Shown piece after piece: positions 11,569-25,500 of a stretch of 64,000 nucleotides of DNA. A program made the translations under genes and the position numbers. Numbering within the stretch: position 1 is the stretch's first letter; each line of letters begins with the position of its first letter. The notes below the pieces were generated by a model. That model did no database searches and had not been told where the DNA came from. It was given only the letters and a program-made list of their open reading frames with translations. The DNA is from Scyliorhinus canicula (lineage: Eukaryota): positions 239,912,886 to 239,976,885 of the forward strand of contig NC_052147.1 of NCBI RefSeq assembly GCF_902713615.1, in the 5' to 3' direction.

Positions 11569-14500
11569 AAATTAATCTCCTTTGTTATTTTTGCATAGAT
11601 ATGCTTCCATGTTTGTCAATATAATAATCATAATTAATTGACTGTGAAACAATTTGGGACATCCTGAGATCATGAAAGGCACTATATAAATGCCAGTTCT
11701 TAAATTATATTTGGATTTACTTATCCGGCGTTACAAACCCTTTTGGATTCTCATTCCCAGCAAAACCAATTGAATCATTAGTGAGCAACATCCACTCCTG
11801 ACCTTATGACAGAAGATAGGTCTTTCTTGGAGCAACTAAAAATGGATAGGCCAAGGATGCTGTCCTATGAAACTCCTATAGCAATGTCTTGGGTCTGCAG
11901 TAATTGTTCTCTGCTCACCATCAAAAAGTCCGATAACACTACAGGACCTTTTCGCCAGTAAAAGAAAATCACAGCTTTGTTAGGACTCACTTGAAATACT
12001 CAATCAAATACTGTTTTGTTGTTGAGGGCAATTATTCTCACCTCTCTGTTTGCATTTAGTTCTTCTATCTACGTCCGGAAAAATGCTGTCAAGGTTTGGA
12101 GCTAAGTACTTCTGAAGAAACCCAAACTGAGTTAGTGACCAGATTATTAATGAATGCATATTACTTGATGACTGTATTGATTACTTAATCAGTTGCTTTA
12201 CTGACAATTGGAAGGAAGCTGATAACAGTGGTAACTGGTTGATCTAAATTTGTCCTGCTTTTGTGAATTGCGTATATGAGGGCAATTTTCTATTGTTAGG
12301 TAAATGCTGGTGTCGTAGCTACACTGGAAAGTCTTGGCTAGACCAGCTGCACAGACCTTAAGCACTACAGCCGGGGTGTTGTCAAGAGCCTGTGGTCTTC
12401 ACTGTATCGAGTGTACCCACTTTCCTTTACATCATGTGGAGTGAACTGATTTGGCTGGATGGAGACCACCTCTAGAGTAGGTTGTAGCATCACTCATTTG
12501 GCATTTTGGATGAAGGTACTTAAAAACCCCTTCCAACCTGTCCCTTACACTGGTGCCAAAATCATTTGTGCCTGTGGTTAGGGATTTTCATGAGAGCCTT
12601 TTGCTCCTGTTATTTTTCTGATTGCCCACCACTTTTCAAAAAGTTATGATAGAGCCTTACAACCTAGCTTTGATTTGTTAGGTTATGAAACTCTTTAGTT
12701 CTCTCTGTAACCATCTGCATTTGGTATTTAGCTTGCAAGTAACCCTATGCTGTAGCCTCAATAGATAGCTATCCAAGCTCCATTAAACCAAGGCTTTGAT
12801 GATGTAAGGGGTGCATTACAGATTGTGGTGGTTCCAATGTTGTTGTCACTGATGGTCCTACATATAGATGGCCACATTCATGTCTGTATATGTCAAGTTA
12901 ACATTTTCTGGGGAGAGTAAAATTAGAAACAAACCTTACCATTTACACAAGGTCCTTTTTTTTTTGGCATACGAACTGAATTGAGAAAGAAACATATATC
13001 TTGCTATGAAGCAATTATGGTAGAATAGATAAGAAATGAAGTGGCAACATCGATGAATGATGAAACGCATGCAGTAGCGGGTTTTAGAAAAAGTCAGTAT
13101 GGTTGCAGATCAAGCCTAAAAGAGATTTTTAAATTAGCAGGTTTGTGCCAGAATCTCTTAACTACCAGTGGTAAATTGATTAAATATGTGGACAAATTCA
13201 AAAAATTAGTAGGAATAACAACATTATTTTGATAGGAGATTTTAAGTTCCTTATTTGTTAATTGGGATAGTGAGGGAACAGATGGAAGAAAGAGAAGTAT
13301 ATATTCCTAGAAGTTAAAGTATTAATTTCTAAAACATGTGAATATGGAACCAAATCAAGCAGTACATTGAGAGGAATGTTTAGATGTCCATCATTGGACC
13401 TGGCTGATAACCAGTACTATCAGGCATCACTGTGTTCTGCTGAGGCCACTTCAGGATCATCGCAAAGAGCAAAGATACCCCCATCTCCAACTTCTTTACT
13501 GCTTAAATCTCAGCCTCACTTGACTCTTTCTGACAAAGTGGGAGGAGCTGTTAGATATCTTCTTCCCAAAGGTTAAAATGACATGTTCAGCTACCTGTAT
13601 TCCTTGTCCTTGCTCACGGTGTCAAACTATTCCTTTGATTCCTTCCTGCCCTAGCCCTGAAATTTCTCACCCATTTCCCCTCATGTAATCTCTCACTTCG
13701 TCCTTACTAAACCCCATTCCCATTAATTTGCTTGCCATAAAACTTTCATTTCTGGCCCCCATTGTAAATTATTCCCTCTCCTCAGGTATCACCTCCCTTT
13801 CAAAGTTGCATCCTTTTAGAAGTGTAATATTATTTACATGGTGCACCTCAAGGTACTATTTAAAACCTAACTCACAAGAACAATGTTTTTTTAATGTGCA
13901 ATGTTTCCAAATTTTGCTTAAGAAAATTTTGTCAAATTATTTATTGTAATAGAATTCAAACAATAACACAATTCCTGTTTATTCTGCACTAGCTCCAGCA
14001 TTTGATATTGTAATACAGCCCATTTAATGTCCTAATTTTTCAAGGTTAAACCACCTCAGCTGGATGCAACTAATCCAAATTTATATGCTAATGCATCAGA
14101 ACTTATTCTCCAGCTAATCAAGGCATGATTGGCACTGTAATTGATTGTGTGATTTCATCATGAATATGCCAGAAAATGATCAGCCCTGAACTTTAAATTA
14201 AGCTAATGCTCGCTGTTGATTGTAATCAGCTGTTGTGCCTTGTTTTCTCCAATGATCTGTGCTTCATCTCCTGATGCTTTTTCTGTTTTTCTTTATTTAA
14301 TTTCTAGTTGTGTTTGTACTTTAATTTTATGAACGTATGTTAGTACTAATGAACAATATACAGACACCATCTCTAAGCTTCTATGAAGCTGCAGTCCGCC
14401 AGTGCTTCTTAGATTTTTCCAGAAACCTATCTGCTCGAGTGTTTTCAGTTTGCAGAGTATTCACAAACCATACTGCGACAGTGCAATAATGTACTGCATT

Positions 14501-17178
14501 TCTGAAGAGCACTGTACTGAGACAACAATGGAAGGCACTGAGATACAGGTTTAGTGTTGATAGCCTGGATATAGAGAATTGGGTGCTAGTCCCTAAACTT
14601 TGATCATCAATTATGCTTTGCATGGATTTGAATTGCAGAAGCTGCATCCTCAAGGTGTTGCCCCATGTCCATATGAACACCCCATTGCTTAGTATTTGTC
14701 ACATTTCTAACAACCTGGTTCTTCTTTCCTTAATGCCCACGTGACAGCAAGGTGGGACATATCGTCAACCATCCTAGGAGTGTGTGTTGCATCCCTAGGT
14801 AAGTTTCCAGGATCGGAAATGCCATCATTATACCAGGAGATTAAAGTTAATCGATATTCAATCATATTATTTCCCCATGAACCCAATGGATTCATGAGTC
14901 CAACGCTGTTAGAAGTCCTGTTCTGTCTCGATCTCAAATACCCCTTGTTGACAATAATTATTTCTTGCAGTCTTGTGCTAATCTGACAATATATACTGCC
15001 TTCTCCTGTATTCTTTGTTTTGGGCCTTGCTACTTCTGCTTGAAATCTAAAATAGACCTCTTAGTTATTCAACTTTTTAATTTGGTCAGATCTGTTGCCT
15101 ATTTATAGATCATACCATAGGCCAGTCAACTGAAGAATTCGTTCCAGTGTTGGAACTCATCAATCTAGATTTCCTATTTTACCAAATTTATTGTTTTATT
15201 ACCGTTCTGTTGTTCTGATTTACTTTTGTTTTTCTGTGTAGTGCAAACAATATCAAGACTATTATGTAAAATTTCTGTTTAAACTTTGAAGACTCTTTGC
15301 TTAAATGTGGTAGCAGTCAAAGAATTTTTGATTTCATCAAAGCCATTGTAGCATAGTTGAAATTTTTGTGGAATCGCTAATAATTCTGTCTTAAGTGCAG
15401 ATATTTCCAAAATGGTTGGAAATAAACGGAACAAGAAAACATGGGAGTGGGTAATGGGTATTATTTAAAAACAACAGCAGAAAGAAAAGTTTTGACATGG
15501 GTAAGAGAAGCAAGGAAGCAGTATTAGGCATTTTTGTTTAAAGTAAAATTAATAGTGTATAATCGTAATGAGAACAAAACTAATGGGAATGCTGGAAATT
15601 TGAAATAAAAAAGATAAAATACTGGAAATGCTCAAATCTGGCAGTATCTGTGCAAAGAAAAACAGTTAACATTTTGTGTCAGTAAATCTTCAGCATGATC
15701 CTATGAGCAGATCAGTAAAATGAGAATCATTAAGTGCGAGGTGTGACCTCTGAGAAGACAGTAGAGGTTTATGAATTTGTAGATAATAAATGGAAATTGC
15801 ATGAACACCCAGCAAAGAATTGTTGGGTTGTATGACCTGTATTGCAATTTTTATGTTGTGTCTTTAATAAATTGGATTGGCACAGTATTTTGCAAACTGA
15901 CAGCAATCTAAATCATAGAATCTCAGAAGAAATTCCCTATCAAGTCAATTAAAAAATCTCTTGATTAATATTTTTCCCCATCTTGTTTGAAAACTGCTGA
16001 CACATTATCGGAGGAACTGGCAGACATTTCTCAGACTAAACATGTATATGAACTGAATTATATGAACTGAATTACCATAAACCACAGATTAGTGTCATAC
16101 CCTGGATTGATAGCTGATTTTTGTAGAACTGTTAACTTGGCTCCTTTACACTACTATGCTTCCTGACTCTCTTATCGGAACAAGAGTTAGCTCAAGTTAT
16201 TTAATAAAAATAGTTCTGGAAAACACCAGAATATGCCCTGTATAACTTTAAAGATTCATGATTCTAACCTTTAATACAGCTTCCCCCCCCCCCCCCCCCC
16301 CCATGCCATTAATGTCTTTAATACAGCTTTTTTGAATTATCAGTTGAACAGAAGCTATCTTGTAAAAGTTCAGTTAGTTTTTAAATACTTCCTCTTAGAA
16401 ATTTCTAAAAATAAATTTCTATGTGTAAGCGAGCTGAAAGTAATGTTCAAGTGAAATGCAAATGTGTTGCGCAATAAAAAAAATTAACTGCTTTCATTTT
16501 AAGTTTTACGTAGAGTTCCGATAGCCGCTTTCCAATATAAATTTTGATAAATTGACATGTAGCTTGTCCTGTAACACCACCGTCATAGAGTGCTTATATA
16601 TTGAACTATGCCCATATTTAACATTTTGCATTGAATGCCCTCCGTATTCGGCTGTTTTTTAGATTTAATCTCCACACTGCCTTATTTATTTCCCTTCCCT
16701 ATTTATCAAGAAAGAAACGATATATGTGATGTATAAACCCTTGTATTCTTTGTGCTAATGACATTACCACAATTATATTGATTAAGGGCTTCCAGGATAT
16801 TGACCCATCAATGATGAAAGAAAAGCAATACGTGTCTAAAACAAGATGTAGTTTACCTTCAGGCGAGCTTAGTGTTACTACAACATAGCTGTCCTATTTC
16901 TTTATGGTAGAGCTCATTGGGTTTGGGAAACACTATTGAAGTGATCTCGGTGAGTGCTCTTGGTGAGTGCTGCAGTGTATCTTGTAAATCATACATAAAT
17001 AAATCATACATACAGTAATTATATTACAATGGTAATGGAGAAGGTAGATATTAAATATAGTGGCAGAAGAGCTGATCTAGATGGTACCAAGCTGATAGGG
17101 TGGATGCAAATAAAAACAAGTGTTCTGTCACAGTTCTGAATTGAGCTTTCTAAGTGGTGAAAAGGCTTTTAAACATCA

Positions 17179-17332
17179 GGGCTGGATTCTCCGCCCTGCC
17201 GCGCCACATTTCTGCTCCGACCCGTTTCGCCGGCCAGTCAATGGGGTTTCTCATTGTGGAGCAGCCCCACACCGTCTGTAAACCCCCGGGCACCAGCAAA
17301 ACAGAGAATCCCACTGGCGGAGAATCCCGCCC
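17179..17332. mobile_element. Short MITE (Harbinger-like)
   Basis: TIRs gggctggattctccgcc and ggcggagaatcccgccc. Target context aaacatcag/cagatgtg. Confidence 0.85.
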
Positions 17333-17629
17333 CAGATGTGTCATAGAGTATCTTTCCTTTGCCCTGCTCTTCACATGGCAGTTCAATTAAGATTCTGGCC
17401 ATTGGTGACCTGAAAGGTTGATAGTGAGGGACTTGGCATTTTATTGAAGGACATTGGGAGCTGGTTGGGCCATCTTATCTTGGAGATGATTAGTATTTGC
17501 CACTTGTTCTACGTATGATAACCAACATTTTTCAGCCCAAGCCTGGAACTTGTCCGTGGACTGCTTCAGTATCGCTGTAATAATTGAAAAACAAATCTAC
17601 CTGTCTGGCATTATTGACACGTTAGAATC

Positions 17630-18340
17630 ATAGAAACTTATTGCACCAAAGTAAACCATTCAGCCTGTTGTGCCTATGCTGGCTATTTTGAAAGAACGGT
17701 GTATTTTGTCACACATCTGCATTTTTGTCTATAATCCTGTAAATTCCTCATCCTCAAGTACCTGTCCAACTCTTTTTAAAATTAATAATGGAATCTGTTT
17801 TCACCACCATTCCAGGTGGATCATTCCAGATCCTGACAAACCAATGGGGATGGTGGGGGAGAAATTCCTCATTTCCCCGGCGGCGGGGCGGGGGGGAGAA
17901 AATCCTCATTTCCCTCTGGATATTTTGTCGAACAATTTTGAATCTATGATCTCTAGTTATTGACCCATTTACCAGAAGAAATAATGTTTAGTTTTCTCAA
18001 AATCTTTCCTTAGCTTGGAAGTTTCTATTTGGTCACCTGCTAATCTTTTCTAAGGAGAACAGCCCTAACTTTTACAACTTTTACAACTTCCCTTCATAGC
18101 TGAAGACCCTCATTCCTGGTAACAAACTGTTAAGCCACCTCTGTACCCTTTCCTGAAGTGTGGTGCCCAGAGTTGGCCACAATATTGCAACTAAGGCCCA
18201 GCCAGTGATTTCTAAATTTATAGCATGATCACTTTGCTTTTGAATTCTAGTCCTCTATTTTTAAGCCCAAGTACGTGTTTTTAACCAGCATATCAATTTG
18301 TTGTACAAGCATTAAAGGTTTGTGTATATGGGCACCTGTG
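17630..18340 (-). mobile_element. CR1 3' fragment
   Basis: Reverse-complemented CR1 tail (agaatcataga) and degenerate ORF2 end. Confidence 0.65.
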
Positions 18341-18350
18341 TCATTCTGAA

Positions 18351-18558
18351 AGCTCAGTAATAAGTCTTACAACACCTTGTTAAAGTCCAACAGGTTTGTT
18401 TTGAATCACTAGCTTTCAGAGTGCAGCTCCTTCCACAGGTGAATCTGAGGAAGGAGCTGCGCTCTGAAAGCTAGTGATTCGAAATAAATCTGCTGGACTT
18501 TAACATGGTGTTGTAAGACTTCTTACTGTGCCCACCCCAGTCCAACGGGGCATCTCCA
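18351..18558. mobile_element. Penelope-like element terminus forming an inverted repeat, with a hammerhead-like core
   Basis: Inverted arms of about 84 bp (18355-18438 and 18445-18528) with a 6-nt spacer. CTGAGGA-A-GGAGC-tgc-GCTCT-GAAA at 18445-18469. Flanked by the 9-bp repeat cattctgaa (18342-18350 and 18559-18567). Confidence 0.7.
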
Positions 18559-18731
18559 CATTCTGAAGGTGTAATGATCCATTTTTTAAAGTCTTTCACA
18601 GAATATGTGTGTCGCCAGCATGGTCAGCATTTATTGCCTATCTCAAATATCTTTGAGAAAGTATTTGTTAGCTACCTTGAATACAACTAAGTGATTTGCT
18701 AATTCATTTCAGAGTAGAGGGCAGTAACGGT

Positions 18732-19077
18732 GGGGCCTCACGGTAGCATGGTGGTTAGCATCAATGCTTCACAGCTCCAGTGGTCCCAGGTTCGATTCCC
18801 GGCAGGGTCACTGTCTGTGTGGAGTCTGCACGTCCTCCCCCTGTGTGCGTGGGTTTCCTCCGGGTGCTCCGGTTTCCTCCCACAGTCCAAAGATGTGCGA
18901 GTTAGGTGGATTGGCCATGCTAAATTGCCCGTAGTGTCCTAATAAATGTAAGGTTAAGGGGGGGGTTGTTGGGTTACGGGTATAGGGTGGATATGTGGGT
19001 TTGAATAGGGTGATCATGGCTCGGCACAACATTGAGGGCCGAAGGGCCTGTTCTGTGCTGTACTGTTCTATGTTCTA
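18732..19077 (+). mobile_element. HE1-like V-SINE inserted into an antisense LF-SINE-like element (about 18585-19230)
   Basis: tRNA head ggttcgattcc, full V-domain and (GTTCTAT)n tail. The flanks show cagcatttattgcc and gtgaaccagatgggtt, which are LF-SINE-like motifs. Confidence 0.88.
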
Positions 19078-20005
19078 AAGAGCCAACCAAATTTCTGTAG
19101 GTCTGGAATCACATGTAGACCAGACCAGGTAAGGATAACAGATTTCTTTCCCAAGAGGATATCTGTGAACCAGATGGGTTCTTATGACAATCCATGGTTT
19201 CATGGTCACCATTCCTGATACTAACCTTTTATTCTTTTTCACAATCTACCATTTTGCTAAGTTTATGTGATGTTATAATGCTGCTTCCTACATCTGATTT
19301 AAGTTGTTTATGAAAATTATTTATTGAAAAGATATCTGATCCAAAACTGATCCTTGGGAACCTTCCAGCAAAACCTCTCCCAGTCTCCAAAATATCCAAT
19401 CCCCACCTCTCTTTGCGTCCTGTCACTGGGCCAATTGTGAATCCATACTACCATGTTCGATTTAATTTCATCAGCTTCAATTTTCTTAATAAGCCGCATA
19501 AGCCTCCCATGTGACATTCTGTGGATTACCTTCCAAAGATCCATATATATATCTACTGCATTACCTTGATTAACCTGTTACCCCCATCAAAGTTAAATAC
19601 TTTTCAGAGACACTGGGTATGAAATTGGATGAGGGCAAAGCCACAAAATGGATGGAAGCACTTTTGTCAACCATTATACGTCATGTCCAATATTCAATTC
19701 CATTGAATTCCGTGGATCAGTGGAGCAAACATCAGGCAACCAAAATGATAGCATCACTTTGCAGGCTTGACTATGAAAGAAAGTTTAAATGGCCATCAAT
19801 TTAATTAGGTGATTATTTTATGTATCCGGTCAAATATAGAATTGGCAGTGGTTGGGAACAGGATGCCCATACAACCTGAACATTAGTTGGAGACTAATCT
19901 CGGGTGTGGGACTGATCTTAAAGGTTAGGATGAATGGAGAGCCTCTTTAAAACCCAATTTTTTGTTTTAGTATTTCTATAGCCTAAATGTTTTTTTTCAT
20001 TGCAG

Positions 20006-20110
20006 GCTCATTGTGGTCATTAACAGGAGCAGTGTTGTATGCCATCTACATAGTCATGATTAAAAGAAAAGTTGACCGAGAAGACAAGCTTGACATACCC
20101 ATGTTTTTTG
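20006..20110 (+). CDS. SLC35F5: SLC35F5 coding exon (first one in the window; upstream exons lie outside it)
   Basis: Acceptor ttttcattgcag| and donor G|gtaagg. Encodes (G)[34 protein letters not shown], recognisable as vertebrate SLC35F5. 105 nt, phase 1-1. Confidence 0.95.
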
Positions 20111-21343
20111 GTAAGGCTAACAGCTACACAGTATACTCTGTAATTTATTTGAATGGTAAGAACAACTATGGTTGCATGTTGTACAATAACCACAGTTTAC
20201 TCGTTAAATTTTCCTGTACAACTGTTTGCGGTTACATCTGTCCACATCTATAATTATCTTCAGATTAAAATGATGAGAACCTTAAAACTTCTGGGAGGGT
20301 TGACATTTTTTTTAAAAATGCTATGTTATGTAAAATATTCAGAGCTGTTCATATGATTTAATCCTGATGCTGTCAAACCTATCAACATTCTCTCATTTCA
20401 ATGGTTAACAGCATACGTACACTGCTATCTCCATGCACTGATGCATGTGGTGGAATCTTACAAGTCCCTGGGTGGTGCAAACTGAGTCAGCGGATCTGGC
20501 AAAATGCTTGGGATCTGCATCAGAACAGCTCCCCAATGCAGTTGTACAATTTTGAAAATTTACCAGCGGTGGGAAAGACAGAGGCACAGCTGTCTGCCAG
20601 ATGGAGGTGGGCAGTCAATTTGAATGATTTGCGGTCTAATTCAGGATAACATTCCTTGGCCACAGGCATTTTGCCAGTGCTTTCTGAGGAAGCTGTGAGC
20701 TGTGCGGAGATTGCCCCAAAGCTATTGTTGAACCGCGTGTCCAAACCCTAAATGCTTGGCCCACATACACATTCATTGAACGCTAACCCTTTCGAGGGTA
20801 CCTCAAATTCCCCTTGATGCCTCACAGTGGCCACCCTTCTCAGTGTTACTGCCAAATGCCCAAAACGGCTGGCCATCTGATTGAACTGGCAGCATAGAAG
20901 GTCTGCCGCTGTACTGAATTGGTCACCTCCCCCACCATTTTTAAAAATTATTCATGGTTTGTAGGCATCGCTAGCTAGTCCAGCATTTATTGCCCATGGC
21001 TAATTGCCCTTGCGAAGCTGGTGGTGTGCGACCTTATTGAACTGCATTCCATAAGGCATAAGTAAACCCACAGTGCTGTTAGGAAGGGAGCCCCAGTATT
21101 TTAACCTGCCGTTAGTGAAGGAATAGCAATATAGTCCAATCAGGATGGTGTGTGGCCCTTGTTCTTCTAGATGGTAGAGATTACTTGTTTAGAAGGTGCT
21201 GCCAAAGGAACCTCAGTGATTTTCTGCAGTGCAACTTGTAGATTGTACACACTGCTGCCGTTGTATGTTGGTGGTGGAGGGAGTGAATGTTTAATGTGGT
21301 GGATGGGAGGGAACAATAGAGTAGGCCGTTTTGTCCTGGATAG

Positions 21344-21575
21344 TGTCATGAGAATGTCGTTTAAGAAATGTTTGGCTGCTCATGTTACTGCAGTGATGTC
21401 AGAGTGTGGGAGGAGCTGAGCTCTGGTTCTGCTTTTTAGTTTCACTTTGACAAAAGCTTGGGTGTGTCTGTGTTTTTGGTTTTGTTTTTCAGTGTGTTGC
21501 AGCTGAAGTCAGACAAAGCAGCTGTACTGTTAAGCTCCATGCCATGAAAGACTATCTCTGGATCATTTGGTGATT
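21344..21575. mobile_element. Probable truncated LTR fragment inside a CR1-like relic (about 20950-21730)
   Basis: Starts TGTCATGAGAATG abruptly within LINE sequence. The far end is not identifiable. Confidence 0.4.
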
Positions 21576-21881
21576 ATTAAAGTATTCCATTGCACTGCTG
21601 ACTTGTGCTTTGTAGATCGGGAACAAGCTTTGGGTAATCAGGAGGAGAGTTACCACATAATTTCCAGCCTCTGACCTGTTTTAGCCGCCATATTTATATT
21701 GCTGGCCCAGTTCAGTTTCTGGGTCAATGGTAACCCTGTTAACTTTTAATGAATGCCTCCTTCTGGCAATATTGCAGAGGGGTCCCACTTCCTGCCCCAG
21801 CATGCTGACCACTCTTTAAAAACCATTCTGGCAATGGGTACACTTCAGTAAAATCTCACCTGTGGATAACCACACCATCGA

Positions 21882-22500
21882 GGGCGCGATTCTCCCAGCC
21901 CCGCGCCGGGCTGGAGAATCGCCGCAACTGCGCCACGCCTCCCCGACGCCGGCACGCGATTCTCCGAGATGTGGAGAATCGCCGTGTTTGGCGCGTCGTG
22001 GGCCGCTGTCCGCGGCCGAGCCGCCAACTCGCCGGCCCCAATGCGCCGCGCGGAAACGGCAGAGTCCCGCCGGCGCCGTTAACCCCTGGTCACTGCCAGC
22101 GGGAACTCTGCGCGAAGGGTCGGGGAACGGCCTGTTGGGGGGGAAAAGCTCTCCTTCACCGGGGGGGGCCTCCGATGGGGTCTGGCCCGCTAGCGGGGCC
22201 CACCGATCGGCGGGCAGGCCTCTTTCCCCCACCGGGCCTACTTTGTTGCGCTTCCGGCTCCAGAACCCCCGCGACATGTTGCGTTGGGGCCAGAGTGTTC
22301 CATGAGTCTACCGTGCAAGCATCGGTTGGCGCTTCGTCACTGCGCATGCGCAGGTTGGCGCCGCCCCAAGTCCACGCCAGGATGTAAGGCTGAAGCGGCG
22401 TGAACCACTCCAGCGGGCCAGAATCCTTACTGCCCGTGCCCATTTTGCACCGTTGTGAAACGCAATGGCGTTCACGACGGCGTGGACACTTGGTCCCGCG
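21882..22500. mobile_element. CpG-rich MITE of the GGGCGCGATTCTCC family, right TIR lost
   Basis: Left TIR gggcgcgattctccc, internal GGAGAATC/GATTCTCC repeats and TGCGCATGCGCA at 22341. Confidence 0.8.
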
Positions 22501-22536
22501 ATCGAATGTATGCAATATTGACATGCATTTGGTTAT

Positions 22537-25500
22537 TTTTTTTAAGATTTTTATTCTCCTTTTTCACATTTTCTCCTAAATTTACACCTACCAACAATAA
22601 ACAATAATCAGTAACGAATGCAATGTCAATCCCCATATCAATAACAACAATCCCATCCTCCCAACAAACCCCCAAACATTAGACCATATGTTAATATAAA
22701 CAAATAACAAAAAGGAATCAGAAATCACCCATAGTCACCCTTAACATATACCCCCTCCCAATGTTCGATGTAATCCAATTCTCAAAAGTGCATAATGAAT
22801 AACGCCCATGAATTGTAGAACCCCTCCATCCATTCAGTTCAAAATTGACCTTCTCAAAAGTCAGGAATTCCAGCAGGTCCCCCCGTGACGCCAGGGCACA
22901 GGATGGAGAGGTTGATCTCCATCCCAACAGAATCTGCCTTCAGGTGATCAACGAGACGAAGGCTACAACATCTGCCTCCGCACCCGTTTCCAACCCCTGC
23001 TGGTCCGACACCCCGAAAATGGCCTCCCGAGGGCCTGGGTCCAGTTTCACGTGCACCACTTTAGCGATTACCCTAAAAATCCCCCCCCCCCCCCCCCCGC
23101 GCAATGTTCATGCACACCTTCTACCCCCTCAAAGAGTCGGCTCATCCTCGTCCATGTGAGGTATGCTCTATATACCACCTTCAGCTGTATCAGCCCCAAT
23201 CTCGCGCAAGAGGTGGAGGCGTTCACCCTCCGGAGCACCTCATACCAGAACCCCTCCTCCATACCCTCTGCCAACTCTTCCTCCCACTTCGCCTTGATCC
23301 CATCCAGCAATGCCTTCTCCTCTTCCAAAATAGCCCCGTAAACCGCCGATTACCCCCTTCTCCAGTCACCCTATCGTCAGCACCTTCTCCAGCAATGTGG
23401 GGGCCGGCTCTACCGGGAAGCTCTGTATCTTCTTTCTGGAAAAGTCTCGAACCTGCATGTATCTAAATATTTCCCCCTACTCCAGCCCATACTTCGCTCC
23501 CAGCTCCTTCAATCCTTCAAGGCAACCTCCAAGAAACTAATCTTTTAGTGTCTTAATTCCCATCTCTGAAAATTTCCATCCCACTGCCCTGGCTCAAATC
23601 AATGGTTCCCCCGAATCAGCATTTCCCTTGACCCTGCTCCCAAACCCAAAGTGCTGGCAAAACTGCCTCCAAATTCTCAACAAAGCTATTACTACCAGAC
23701 ACCCTGAGTATCTCCCCAGGGAGTGGCGCTGTTGCTAGCGCCTTCAATCCCGACCCCCAACACAAACTCTTCTCCATTCTGACTAACTGGGAGTCAACCC
23801 CTCTGACCTACCATGTACCTTCTCCACATTCGCCACCCAGTAATAATACTCCAGTTTTGGAAGACCCAAACCCCCTGCCTGCCTTCCTCTCTGTAGTAGC
23901 ACCTTTCTAATTCTGGCGAAATTCCCTCCCCATGTGAACGAGGTAATCATCCCTTCAATCATTTTAAAGAATGCCTTTGGCAGGAAAATCGGCAGGCATT
24001 GGAAAATAAACAGAAATTGCGACAGCACGTTCATTTTAATCGCCTGTACCCGACTTGCCTGTGACAGAGGGAGACCATCCCACCTTGCCAGATCAGCTTT
24101 CACCCTCCCCACCAAACTAGAAATGTTGTACCTGCAGAACCCCCGCAATCCCAAGCAACCTGCACCCCCAGTGAGTCACTGCCCTACAGAATGGCAGCCC
24201 CCCACCCCCGACCGAGACACCACAAAATATTCACTCTTGTCTAGATTTAATTTGTACCCCGAGAAAGACCCAAAGCAGTTCCAGTATTCCCCCTATTGAC
24301 ACACACCACTCCGACAGGCATAATAACAAGTCATCGGCATATAAGGACACCCTATGCTCTATCCGCCCCGCACTAACCCTTTCCATACCCCCAAACGTCT
24401 TAATGCGATGGCCAATGGCTCAATCGCGAGTGCAAACAGCAGGGGGGGAATAGGACATCCCTGCCTAGTCCCACGATGGTGAGAAAAGTAGTCCGACCTG
24501 ATGTTATTTGTGCGGACACTTGCCCTCAACTCCTTATATAGTAGCTTTACCCAGTTCACAAATCTTGCTCCAGTCCCAAACCGCTCCAAAATTGCCATCA
24601 AGGGGCAATTTAGCGTGGCCAATCCACCTAACCTGCCGGTCAAATGCTTTCTTGGCGTCCAATGCCGCAACCATCTCTGCCGGTGCCATAACCACATTCA
24701 ATACCCTCCTAATGTTTGAAAAGAGCTGCCTCCCTCTCAAACACTCTCTGATTTCCCCCATCGGGAGGCACTCCTCCAGCCTACCTGCCAGTACCTTCGC
24801 CAATATCTTTGGGTCCACGTTTAAAAGTGATATGGGCCTATACCGCCCACAATCCGTTGGATCCTTATCTCTTTTAAGCAACAGGGAAATCGATGCTTGC
24901 CCCAAAGTTTGTGGTAACACCCCCTTCCCTGTCGCCTCCTCAAACATCCCCACCATCAGGGGTGCCAGCTTATCTTTGATTTTTTAATAATATTCCACTG
25001 GAAACCCATCCGGCCCTGCCATCTTCCCCAACTGCATCCTCCCAGTTGCATCCTTTATCTGCTGCTCCACGAACACCCCCTCTAATGCAATCCTGTCCAC
25101 CTCCCCTAACCTTAGGTACTCCAGCCAATCTAGAAATTCCTGCATCTCCCAGTCTCCCCCAGGTGGCTCTGAGCTGTACAACCTTTCATAGAATTTCTTA
25201 AAGACCTTGTTAATCTGATCTGGACCTAACACCAACTTCACTGCCCTGTCCTGCACCCGCACAATTTCCCTTGCCGCAGCCTCCCTACGGAGCTGCCCTG
25301 CCTTCTCTCCGTGCTCGTAAACTGCATCCCTTGCTCGCCTCAATTGGCATACCGCCTTCCTGGTAGATAGTCGGTCAAAGTTCGCCTGTAGTTCCTTTCT
25401 CTTTTCCAACCTCGCTGGGTCCCCATCGTCTGCATACCTCCTATCTACCTCTAGCATTTCATCTATTACCCTCTGACGCTCTAACCTCCCCTCCTTGTCC

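Noticed and set aside
14380-15060. Open frame of about 115 codons on the minus strand (includes 14707-14937)
   Set aside because: No family motif recognised. A BLASTX search would be needed, so it is not supportable as an antisense exon.
1-20005. Search for the preceding SLC35F5 exon (IGGVVLVNL-like)
   Set aside because: Not found by eye. It probably lies upstream of the window.
21816-22524. Cluster of long GC-rich ORFs (also 31407-31956 and 38292-38834)
   Set aside because: They lie inside GC-rich MITEs where stop codons are scarce, and have no transposase motifs.
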